A stretch of 64,000 bases of DNA from a virus (Duplodnaviria; Caudoviricetes), in the IMG/VR virus record IMGVR_UViG_3300021400_000063; one strand, 5' to 3'. Below, one piece after another: positions 53,434 to 63,344 of the stretch (position 1 is its first letter; every line of letters starts with the position of its first letter). Made by a program: the position numbers and the translations under genes. Below the pieces are notes generated by a model, which saw nothing but the letters and a program-made list of their open reading frames with translations, searched no databases and was not told where the DNA came from.

Positions 53434-53468
53434 AAAAATAAGGGGGATATGATTCCCCCTTATTTTTT

Positions 53469-54154
53469 TTAAAGATCATAGATTTTTGTAGCAATCATAT
53501 CAGCATGATGGAGAAGTAAAACTTCAGGATATCGTTCACTCATCGTACTAAAATTCTGCATTTCAGTATTAGAAACACCGAATACACCTCATATGATAAG
53601 CGATAGCAATTTGCCAAGGTTCCGGTATTAATTCACCAACACCTTCAATATTTAATAAACGTCTTAAGCTTTCAGCACCATGTTCAATTCCATTATACCC
53701 ATTATTATAAGCATATTTAAATGAATCGTCGCCTTTTTTATCATCTTTTACAAGTTTGTATTTGCCAACTTTACAGATATCATGGAACAAACATGCTATT
53801 GGATTAACGTCAGAAGCTTGTATTCCATAATGAATTGAAGTTCTTATAGCTGCTAAATATACAGCTAATGAATGGTCTATTAAGCCTCCTTTGTAAGCAC
53901 CATGATATTTAGTAGAAGCTGGTTCATTAAAGAAAGTGCAATATTTAGTTAAGATTTTAGATATAGCCTTTTTAATTAATTTATCTTCTTCAGCATTTAA
54001 TGAATAAAATAAATCGTTTTTCAATAATGTTAAGATTTTACCATTAGAATCATTGTTTCTTTCTTCATTAGATAAATGCTTACAAATCTTTATTTCATTT
54101 TGAATCCGAAATTCTTTAGATCGTCCTTTTTTTTGATTCTAAAAAGTTTTTCAT
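53469..54154 (-). CDS. HD-domain phosphohydrolase requiring two +1 shifts (or a frameshifted pseudogene)
   Basis: PASTKYHGAYKGGLIDHS, FHDICK, HG.ES, YHM-G, LHHADM; frame breaks at AGG 54127-54125 and 53589-53587. Confidence 0.8.
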
Positions 54155-54158
54155 ATTT

Positions 54159-54803
54159 TTACTCCTTAAATATATCTATTTGATGTTTTCGATAAAGTTT
54201 AGATTCATCTCTTGTTCCAGTTTTCATTTCTGCTACACACTGTAATAATTTAGGATATTTGCGTGTAATTTCTTCATTATCCGAAAGACTAGATTTTAAT
54301 TTATAAAATGGTTTATTTGTAAATGCTATTGGATATGACTCATTACGTGATGGATAAGAAATCGTAATTATGTATGTTTTCCTCCATCCTATACGTTTAT
54401 CCGGTTTCTCATCATAACACCAAGTGTTTAAATAATCCCAGTTAAATTCTTTATCCCAATAAGCCCATTTTTTATATACCCATTCTGCAAATTGCTTAAG
54501 ATTTTTAAGTTTAGCAGATTGTTCCATTGCTTCTGTTACAGTCATCATGCTTGCAGCTGGTCTGATTGTTACAGTATTAATGTGTAGTGAAATAAAATCT
54601 AAAATTTTCGATCCGGTGGTTGTGAAGATATTTTTAATAGATAAAAATATATTTTTAAAGAATAATATTATTTTTGGAGTTTTAATATCATGTATAAGAT
54701 ATTTTAATATACATTTATTCGCACTCATAACCATATATTCTCCCATTATACGTCGTTGATATTCATCCCATGATTCTTTTTCTGGATTATATTCTTCGTT
54801 CAT
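54159..54803 (-). CDS. Hypothetical protein
   Basis: 214-aa ORF with RBS. Confidence 0.65.
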   Translation of the reverse strand: MNEEYNPEKESWDEYQRRIMGEYMVMSANKCILKYLIHDIKTPKIILFFKNIFLSIKNIFTTTGSKILDFISLHINTVTIRPAASMMTVTEAMEQSAKLKNLKQFAEWVYKKWAYWDKEFNWDYLNTWCYDEKPDKRIGWRKTYIITISYPSRNESYPIAFTNKPFYKLKSSLSDNEEITRKYPKLLQCVAEMKTGTRDESKLYRKHQIDIFKE

Positions 54804-54815
54804 AAAGTTTCCTCC

Positions 54816-55133
54816 TTATTTTAAACAAAGTTTTTCATACCAAGTTTTTCTATTTTCTCTATCATAAATATAAATAGAGTATAAATAATCTTTAGGATTA
54901 TCAACAATGTTATTTTTTATTATTAATTGTGCTGCTTTATAAGCAGCTTCCCATGAGCATTTAATTGTATAATAATACCTATTATCGATTCCATTTCTAT
55001 GATAAGAGATATCTCCGAATATTTGATATAATTTTCCAAGGTCTCTTTTACTTTCTCTAAGTAAATAGTTTACTTTATTGTAAAAACCTGATGGATTACG
55101 GTGATGTTCACCATTTCTAAATTTTACAGCCAT
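54816..55133 (-). CDS. Hypothetical protein
   Basis: 105-aa ORF with RBS. Confidence 0.65.
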   Translation of the reverse strand: MAVKFRNGEHHRNPSGFYNKVNYLLRESKRDLGKLYQIFGDISYHRNGIDNRYYYTIKCSWEAAYKAAQLIIKNNIVDNPKDYLYSIYIYDRENRKTWYEKLCLK

Positions 55134-55136
55134 AAT

Positions 55137-55700
55137 TTAAATCCTCCTTAAAAATCCTCTTTTAGGATAATGATCTATTTTAATTATATTATCTATAAGA
55201 GGATTTATTTGTTTTAATAAAAATTTTTCACAAATTTTATATTCTGTTTCAGATAGTCTGATATCAGTGAAAGTTTTTTCACAAAACGTATCTCGATAAA
55301 CTATTAATTCTGGTAATCTTTGTATAAATTTAATTTTTTGAAAATTATCGTATACTGAACAATATTCATTTATTATTTCATTCATATTGGAATAACTATA
55401 GTTTCGATATCCGAAACATAAATGATAATATATTATGAATAAATTATTCTCTAACTGTCTACGATCTTTTCCAAAGAATATCATAGTTTCTTTTAATTCA
55501 TTTAAGAATTCTGAATGAAATCTGATTAAATAAAACCCTTCAAATTTACAATAATTAAAAAGTTGCATTTTATTTTTAATCATATTAGATGGTTGATCAT
55601 ATACAGGTTTTATTAGTTGTAATGTAGTTACATCTTCATTAAAACCATAATATTTATATTTTTCATATAATTCATCATTGTGCTGTTCTTCGTACATCAT
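55137..55700 (-). CDS. Hypothetical protein
   Basis: 187-aa ORF. Confidence 0.65.
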   Translation of the reverse strand: MMYEEQHNDELYEKYKYYGFNEDVTTLQLIKPVYDQPSNMIKNKMQLFNYCKFEGFYLIRFHSEFLNELKETMIFFGKDRRQLENNLFIIYYHLCFGYRNYSYSNMNEIINEYCSVYDNFQKIKFIQRLPELIVYRDTFCEKTFTDIRLSETEYKICEKFLLKQINPLIDNIIKIDHYPKRGFLRRI

Positions 55701-56013
55701 CCCAAAACTTCCTCAAATTGTCAGTTGTATCAAGATCATAAAGCATTCTGGCTACATTTGATACATGTCCTTCTGTAGAGTTTTCCATAATTCTTGTAAC
55801 AGTTGATAATTGTGTCACTGTAATATAATCTAAGGAATTATGTGCATTCGCAATATCTGCTAAATTTTTATAAATAGATTTATTATTAGTTATATGACGA
55901 GCTACAAAAATTTTAGCTTCTTTTTCATTCTTAGCTTTAGTTATAAATACCATTTCTGTTAATCTTATAGATACTAGATAAATTTTATTTTCTTCATTAA
56001 TCTTTTCGTTCAT
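55675..56013 (-). CDS. Hypothetical protein
   Basis: 112-aa ORF in operon. Confidence 0.65.
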   Translation of the reverse strand: MNEKINEENKIYLVSIRLTEMVFITKAKNEKEAKIFVARHITNNKSIYKNLADIANAHNSLDYITVTQLSTVTRIMENSTEGHVSNVARMLYDLDTTDNLRKFWDDVRRTAQ

Positions 56014-56383
56014 AATAGTTTACCTTCTTTCCTTTAAATAATTTATTTAAATCTTTTTCTAGTCTATCTGGATTTAAATACATTGTTTCCATCCCACAAG
56101 AAAAAGCTCCACCACGTCTTGTTAATATAATTTCATAAACAGTATCATCTTTTCTATTGAAAATTACATTAGCACAAGTATAACCAGGAATTCTTAAATA
56201 CCAAAAATAATATTTTTCACTATCTTTATTATCAAGATAAGTTCCTATAATAGGTTCACCATCTTTTGCGAAAATATATGTATTCATATATTCTAAATTA
56301 CATTGTTTAGGATCTCTAAATTTATCCATATATTCTGTAATTTCACATACTAAATCGTTACACATAAGTATTAAATCCTCCAT
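55997..56383 (-). CDS. Hypothetical protein
   Basis: 128-aa ORF at head of operon. Confidence 0.65.
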   Translation of the reverse strand: MEDLILMCNDLVCEITEYMDKFRDPKQCNLEYMNTYIFAKDGEPIIGTYLDNKDSEKYYFWYLRIPGYTCANVIFNRKDDTVYEIILTRRGGAFSCGMETMYLNPDRLEKDLNKLFKGKKVNYYERKD

Positions 56384-56765
56384 AAATTTAAAGAGTAATA
56401 TATAAATTTATATGAATTAAAATAACTATTTATAGATTTTTAAGATATCTATTTTTAAAAATTAAATATTTATTTTACAATGTAGTAAAGTACAATAGTT
56501 TAAAAATAATTGATTTTTGATTTTAGATATTATAAAAATGATTAAATTATTTAAAAATATGTTTAAAAATGTGCATTTTTTATAAAAATATTATAACATA
56601 TAGATATACTTGTGAGAAAATAACGCGTTTTTAATTAAGTATATTAAATTCACAATCTTATTCCGAATTTCAGCATTTTTATGATAGCAATTGATTGAAA
56701 TTGTATGCTTTCGGAATAATAATTTTTTACATACATTACCACAAAGTAATGTATTAAACATATAT

Positions 56766-56855
56766 GGGTGAGCAGACTGTGTTTGGTGTGCAGTGTTTCA
56801 GATTGTGCTTATGCTAGTCTGATTTCGGCGTGCGGTTCAAATCCCACCTCACCCG
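56766..56855 (+). ncRNA. tRNA-like RNA with long D stem and extended central arm
   Basis: Acceptor GGGTGAG/CTCACCC, T loop TTCAAAT, D stem ACTGTG/TGCAGT, central stem TCAGATT/AGTCTGA with no 7-nt anticodon loop. Confidence 0.7.
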
Positions 56856-56865
56856 CTTTATTTAT

Positions 56866-56938
56866 GTCTCTTTACTTCAGTTGGTAGAAGGGTAGACTGT
56901 TAATCTATTGGTCCTAGGTTCGAGTCCTAGAAGAGACG
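56866..56938 (+). tRNA. tRNA-Asn(GTT)
   Basis: Cloverleaf; anticodon arm GTAGA-CTGTTAA-TCTAT. Confidence 0.92.
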
Positions 56939-57109
56939 TATTAATTTGGAATCTCGTATTCGTCTCAACAAATTATAGGGCGTGTGATGATGGATATGAA
57001 TAAAATACATTAAAAAAAAATAATTAGTGTATAATAGTTATCGTATTATCGACACTAAATAAAATCTACTCCGAAGATGCATCGGAAAATGTAAGATTTC
57101 AAATTATTT

Positions 57110-57198
57110 GGAGCGTTCGCATAGTCCGGTCGAGTGCAGTAGTCTTGAAAACTACCGATTCCGCAAGGTTTCCGAAAGTTCGAATCTTTCACGCTCCG
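57110..57198 (+). tRNA. tRNA-Ser(TGA)
   Basis: Cloverleaf with long variable arm; GTAGT-CTTGAAA-ACTAC; G73. Confidence 0.92.
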
Positions 57199-57368
57199 TC
57201 CAAGTTGTTACATATAACACTCTGGTCTAGTTGACAAAAGATTATATTAATCTTTGTAATTTTACATAAACCTCTCTTATATAAACATTAAATTCTCCAG
57301 CACTAATGTCGTACATTGTGCATTTATTTTTCTTCCATCTAATTATAGATGTTTATTATATATTTCTT

Positions 57369-57440
57369 AGGTGAGTAAATTATTAGGATATAGATTTACT
57401 TATCTATATAAGTTGTAGGTTCGAATCCTACTCTCACCAA
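57369..57440 (+). ncRNA. D-armless tRNA-like RNA (family 2, copy B)
   Basis: GGTGAG/CTCACC acceptor, linker TAAATTATTAGG, stem ATATAGAT-TTACTT-ATCTATAT, T arm GTAGG-TTCGAAT-CCTAC. Confidence 0.72.
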
Positions 57441-57670
57441 TCTCGGGTTGCCTTTTACGGATTTATATCCGTTGTGATCCGGCACGTGTGGTTACCGACG
57501 TGAGGAAACGGTAAAATAGTAAATCTCGTACGAGTGGAACCCTGGGTTATTCCCAGGGTTCCTATATTTTGCAAAAGGTCTATGATAGTTGATATATTAT
57601 AATAATGAATAAGGAGAATGTAAAAAGTTAAAATAAATCAAATCTCCTTATAATCGAGGAGAAAATTATT

Positions 57671-57937
57671 ATGATTATCGATCTTACAAAAACTATAAAT
57701 AATCTTCATATTGAGGAGAATGAACTTGATAATGAAAAGATTATTAGTTGGTTCTTTATGAATAAAAAATTCATAGAGAAATTAGTTAGTAGCTATATCC
57801 AAAATTTTGGATGGGCATTTGGAGGTGCATCTGAAATGTATCTCGATATTAAGCAGCTTTATAAGGAGCATCCTTATAATTTGGAAGATAAGTATGGTGA
57901 AGAATCACCATCAATTTATATTCCAATTGCTGCTTAA
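57671..57937 (+). CDS. Hypothetical early protein
   Basis: Promoter, RBS and terminator. Confidence 0.7.
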   Translation: MIIDLTKTINNLHIEENELDNEKIISWFFMNKKFIEKLVSSYIQNFGWAFGGASEMYLDIKQLYKEHPYNLEDKYGEESPSIYIPIAA

Positions 57938-58005
57938 ATAAGGGAGAATAAAAATCTCCCTTATTTTTTTTCTTATATATTATATTTATAGGAGGTAAGT
58001 GTAAT

Positions 58006-58329
58006 ATGCTTACATTAATATTTGGTAATAAAAGTAAAGAAGATGCTCTTGCTATGAGAGATCTATTCTGTTCAAGTGCAACAGGAATTCCAGGATTTAT
58101 TGAGAATGAAATTTTGATTTCATCTCAATTGACAAAATCTGACGGAACAGTATTTGAAGATGGTGAATCTGAATACAATGTTTGTGGTAAAGATTACAAA
58201 CATGTTGTTATGGTTTGTTTATCTAGTGATAATCAACCGGAAGGAACACCAGAATTTGATTTTGGAATCGATTGTTCAGATCAGGATATGACTAAATATC
58301 TCGATTTGCTTAAAAACTTGAAAGGATAA
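58006..58329 (+). CDS. Hypothetical early protein
   Basis: Promoter, RBS and terminator. Confidence 0.7.
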   Translation: MLTLIFGNKSKEDALAMRDLFCSSATGIPGFIENEILISSQLTKSDGTVFEDGESEYNVCGKDYKHVVMVCLSSDNQPEGTPEFDFGIDCSDQDMTKYLDLLKNLKG

Positions 58330-58424
58330 CAATCGATTTTATCTATAGAAAGAGAATGCATTAGTATTCTCTTTCTTTTTTTATTACTATTGATATATTT
58401 AAATATATTAAGTGAGGTGAAACT

Positions 58425-59120
58425 ATGGTAAATAAATATTCATTAGATAAAAAATTAAAAGACAGAGAAAATGCTGCTGTTTTAAATGAAATTGAAGATG
58501 CTAGACGATTTGTAAGATATTTTGTAAATCTTATGGAAGGTATTTTAAATTATGAATATGACGAATTAAAGTCATATTTTGAAGAAGATAAAACTGAAGT
58601 CGATATACGGATAGTTGAAAATCGATATGAATTAGTAACTGCTGGTATGAAAAGTTGCTGGATATCAGCATGTGTTAAATTATGTCATGAAGATTATACA
58701 TATCCTAAGTTAAAAGTTGTTGAATTTAAAGTTTATGATAAATTTTTCAATTATACGATGAATATTGATCGGTTTATTTATGGTTCTATAGATGATGAAG
58801 AATTTGTTACCGATTATTTGCAAATTATAAAAAGTGAGATATTTAAAGATTTTAAATATAAATGGTCTTATAATAAAGATAAAATCTTTAAACGTTATAT
58901 TATGGATAAGAATATTACTCCTTCTGAGTATATTATTGGATGTATAAATAAATATATTTATGATTGTATTATTAAGCCTAAATCTAAAACAATGACTTAT
59001 GACGAATTTATAAATTCAGAATTTAAATTCGATGTTGATAAAAAGACTCAACGAATATTCAATAGATATTTCTTTGAAAATATTCCAAATATAAAAAGGA
59101 GAATAATAACACATGCATAA
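58425..59120 (+). CDS. Hypothetical protein
   Basis: 231-aa ORF with RBS. Confidence 0.7.
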   Translation: MVNKYSLDKKLKDRENAAVLNEIEDARRFVRYFVNLMEGILNYEYDELKSYFEEDKTEVDIRIVENRYELVTAGMKSCWISACVKLCHEDYTYPKLKVVEFKVYDKFFNYTMNIDRFIYGSIDDEEFVTDYLQIIKSEIFKDFKYKWSYNKDKIFKRYIMDKNITPSEYIIGCINKYIYDCIIKPKSKTMTYDEFINSEFKFDVDKKTQRIFNRYFFENIPNIKRRIITHA

Positions 59121-59586
59121 ACGTAAATATGAAAGATTTCTACTGAATTTATTGATTGAAAGAACGTTATTTATTTATAATATAGTTCTTTCTACTCAAT
59201 TTAATATAACGAAAAAATATAAGAATAAATGTATACGTTTATTAGTAGATATCCAAAAATATTTCAAAAATATAAGATATCAAAATTTTGATGTAAAATC
59301 TGTAAAATATGAATTTAATCAATATAAAATTTTAATGAATAAAACTGATTATTTGTTGAAAACATTTGATAAAATTGATAAAAATAAAAATATCAGAAAT
59401 ATTTGGTGTATAAATTTCAGCAAATATAATACTGAAGGACAATTTCCAATGTTTTATAATCCTAATTATGATAAAAATTATATTAGAGATTTTGTTAAAT
59501 ATTTCATAAATTTAACTAATATAAAATCTTTGATAGATGAAGAAATGAAAATTATTTATTATACTAATAAGTTTTATTTATTATAA
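59113..59586 (+). CDS. Hypothetical protein
   Basis: 157-aa ORF. Confidence 0.6.
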   Translation: MHKRKYERFLLNLLIERTLFIYNIVLSTQFNITKKYKNKCIRLLVDIQKYFKNIRYQNFDVKSVKYEFNQYKILMNKTDYLLKTFDKIDKNKNIRNIWCINFSKYNTEGQFPMFYNPNYDKNYIRDFVKYFINLTNIKSLIDEEMKIIYYTNKFYLL

Positions 59587-59618
59587 AAATAGGGAGAAAA
59601 ACTCCCTATTTTTTTATA

Positions 59619-60828
59619 TTATTCTAAAAATGCTACTGTTACAGCTTTTTTCGACCTAGTTATAGCAGTGTAAGTCCATTTGTTATAGAAGTCTAGAGTT
59701 TTTCCATGTATATCCATTACTACTAACGGATGTTCATATTCAGAACCTTGACTTTTATGTACTGTGAATGCGTAACCAAAATCAATCATACCAACTTCAC
59801 CGAGAGCATCATCTTCAAGTTCATTATTATATAATTCTTCAATAAATGCTTCTTTACTAGGATCTTTTTGATACTGTTCAAATATTTCTCTAAAACATAC
59901 AGAATTAAAAACCATATTAGGATCTCCACAATCCATTAAGAAATCTGGAGTAAATTTAAGATTTAATAATTCCATATCGTTTTTATCTTCTATATAAGAA
60001 TCTTCTTTAACGTAACCTGTTAATCCATTAATAAGATAAATAGGAACGTCATTATATTCTAATTCGTAATTATAATTGTTTAAAAGACATAAAACTTTTT
60101 CACCTTTTTGAGGATAAATAGATTTATAACCTTTTTGTTCTCTAACCATTTGATTTAATATACGGCGTGTTTTATTAGCATAACATAAGATAACCGAATA
60201 ATCTCCAAGATGATCTTGAACTTTATCAAATGTAGTTACTAATGAGTTTTTACAATATCCCATAGGGAGTGGTTCACCATTACGAGCTTTCATAGCAAGA
60301 TCAAGAATTCCAGATTCATCAGACTGTCTCATAACTTGTGTTAAGAAAACATCCAGATTATTTGGATCTTCAACATACTTATTTGTACCGAAAACAGGTG
60401 GAACCTGACCAGGATCCATAAGTAACATAGTCGGTAAACCAAATGAAAGTATATCATTAAGCATAGCTTCATTAACCATTGAAGCTTCATCTATTACAAT
60501 TAATCTTATATTTGAAGGAACTCTATGCTTTTTATTAAATAAAAACGAATTTCCTTTTTTATAAACTGTATAAAATGTTTTATGAATAGTATTAGAGGGG
60601 TTTCCTTTAAGACGTAGAACCAACGATGCTTTAGCTGTTAAAGTTGCAAATATTACATCATTAATTGGTATACCTAACATCTTAATTATGGTATTTACTG
60701 TTGTTGATTTTCCTGTGCCTGGCTAAGCCACCAAGAGCAAATACCTGTTGGTTAAAACTATCAACAAAGTACCATTTGATTGCTTTCTTAATGGCTTGAA
60801 GCTGTCCGTCATTAAATTGGATAGCCAT
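59619..60828 (-). CDS. Dda/RecD2-like SF1B helicase with a +1 frame break inside Walker A
   Basis: MAIQFNDGQ...GGLA-[A]-GTGKSTT, TIH, VIDEASM, DPGQVPP, QVMRQ, YAFTVHKSQGSE, YTAITR. Confidence 0.88.
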
Positions 60829-60985
60829 AATTAAATATCACCTCCTTTTTTTTATTTAAGATTTATATTCAAGTGTCAAAGTGTAAATTTCTTATATATT
60901 ATAATAATGAATAGAACTCGTATGAGTTCTTAAATACTATTAAAGATAGAAAGAATACTATCTATAAATAAACTAGGGGTAAAAT

Positions 60986-61660
60986 ATGTTAGGATACGAT
61001 GATATGATTAAGTGTGGGCAGAAATATGACCTTGAAAAGAAACAGATGTATTTGCAAAAATATAAAGCATTTGTTGAATATTTTAAAAAAGTTATCCATA
61101 TAACTTTCAAAGATGATGAGAAGCAAATCGCTTCTTATTTAAAAGAAACACATGATCAATCTTTCTTATTAGATTGGTGTGTTGGTGGCATCCATTATGA
61201 TGGATTCCATATTAGTAGATTAACAGATGAATCAATCGATGTCGTTTCATTGCGAGCTCATGACTCTTACTATGATCCAGTTCTAAAATTAGAATCAAAT
61301 ATAGATGACGAAGAGCTTTTATCATTCTTCAATAAAGAATATAAATATTTCGTAGAATTATTTGTACCAAATTATTATTTGGAAGAATATGAAAACAAGC
61401 TTATTGATGAACGATATAGCTTGGTTTGTAAAATAGCAGAAAAATTTAATGAAGAATGTTACAGTGCTTTTCGACCATATTTTGAAACACTTGGTATAAA
61501 TGAAACACGTTCATTTAACGATTCAAAGTTTGCATTAAGTTTTACAGATGAACGAAGAAAGGAACTTGATAAAGAGGTTCTTGATGAATACAATTTGTTC
61601 CATGAAAAAATTGTTGAAATGACAAAAAAGTTTGATGAATCTGTTAAAGATTTGAAATAA
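60986..61660 (+). CDS. Hypothetical early protein sharing the tasA promoter/leader
   Basis: 224-aa ORF; ~95-bp upstream region nearly identical to that of tasA. Confidence 0.75.
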   Translation: MLGYDDMIKCGQKYDLEKKQMYLQKYKAFVEYFKKVIHITFKDDEKQIASYLKETHDQSFLLDWCVGGIHYDGFHISRLTDESIDVVSLRAHDSYYDPVLKLESNIDDEELLSFFNKEYKYFVELFVPNYYLEEYENKLIDERYSLVCKIAEKFNEECYSAFRPYFETLGINETRSFNDSKFALSFTDERRKELDKEVLDEYNLFHEKIVEMTKKFDESVKDLK

Positions 61661-61759
61661 CTGTTATTTGCTATTCTAAAAAAGAAGGAGAGAAATCTCC
61701 TTCTTTTTTTTTTAATTTATATATTAATCATAAAATAAATAATATAAGGAGTAACAATA

Positions 61760-63302
61760 ATGTCAGAAGAAATGTGTGTAGATGTAGCTATGAATGAAGA
61801 AGATAGTATGCCTAGAAAGATGTATTCGATTGAACAATCTGATGAACGAAAAGCTAGTGATGAGTTTGAAGATGAGTGTTGTGAAAAAGCATGTGATGTT
61901 GAAGTTTCTGAGAAATTGAAAACTGAAAAGCGTGGTTTATTAAAACAGTGTGATGAAATTAATAGACAAAACGATGTTAGTTTCATATCAAATATAAAGT
62001 TTGGATCTGATTATGAAATAAAATCTGAAGATAAATATAATATTATTAAACGATATTCACCGACAATGAAAATGGTTTTTAGACATAAAACTTCTCTTGA
62101 TGATCCGAAATTATTATTTACTATAAATATGATTAAGTCTAAACCTAATAAAGTTTTAAAAGAATTGGATTCTTTGGAAACGGTTAATAAATTATTTAAG
62201 TTTGGTAATTTAAATGATATTCGTATTATACATTTAAGTAAACGTACACTCGATCCAATGAATATCGGAAATTATAAAGAATTGAGATTACGTTCTGAAC
62301 ATGATGAAAAAACTAAACCTAATAATTGTACGTTTTTTAAAACTGGACAGTTAAGTTTAGATTATGATAATATTGGGTGTGATTATTCTAATTTTTACCC
62401 TGCAACTATAAACATCATATATTCTAATTTAAAACGATATTTTATGGATTTATGTAATACTTTACCTTTATATGATTATTCAAATGCTAAAGTTGTAGGA
62501 TTGTTATATAGTGGTGGTAAAGATTCTACTTGTAGATTATTAGAATTGTTGGAACAAGGTGAACATGTTGTACCTATTGTAAATACATTCAATTCTCATG
62601 ATAGTACAGATTTATTACTTCGCGACATAGCAACTGTTTATAATCTTTCTAAAGTGTACAAAACTAATAAATTTAAAGGTACATTATATAAACCTAAGTT
62701 TTTAACTTATTTGAGTTGGGGTTTTGATTCCGATTATCTTGGATTATGCCAACAACCATATAACATGATGTCGTTAACCGCATTAGGTAATTCATTTTTA
62801 AATAATTGTAAACGTATAGAATGTTGTTTGATTAATGGTGATATGGGAGTTTCTTATATTTCAGAAATGACAAAACTGTACAAAACTGTACAAAACTGCA
62901 ATGAAATTTAATTATAATGTTGTAAATGGTAATGTTAAATCTATACCGCCACTAGTTTTCCCATATATAAAAATGATTAAAGATAATATCATTGAAAATT
63001 TAGAAGTGCGACTTGGTAATATTATAGATGATAAATCATTTTATACAATAATACCAACCTGTCAAAAAATTACCGTTCGTTCTATAAAAATAGCTTTTAG
63101 TCAAAATAAATATTGGTTATACATTTCATTAGAAAATTGTGGAAACTGTTCATATTGTAAAACTCATGATAACAATTATTACTACACAATATGTATACCT
63201 CTTAGTGAAACTAAACCTATTGATAAGAACGATATAGTTTTATCAAGTGATGAAATATGTGATATAAATTCTAGATTTTCTAATATTTTTAGAGCTTACT
63301 AA
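61760..63302 (+). pseudogene. QueC-like PP-loop protein split by a 10-nt tandem duplication
   Basis: SGGKDS in 61760-62911; TC...CGNCSYC in 62901-63302; CAAAACTGYA x3 at 62871-62900; removing one copy fuses the two frames. Confidence 0.75.
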
Positions 63303-63344
63303 AAAATAAATATTAATAGATGGGATTGTATCCCATCTATTTTT

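Noticed and set aside
55675-55715. Fourth AGG +1 site fusing the 56013 and 55700 ORFs
   Set aside because: The frame would fit, but the AGG is part of a plausible RBS for ATG 55700 and no conserved motif demands fusion; left uncounted
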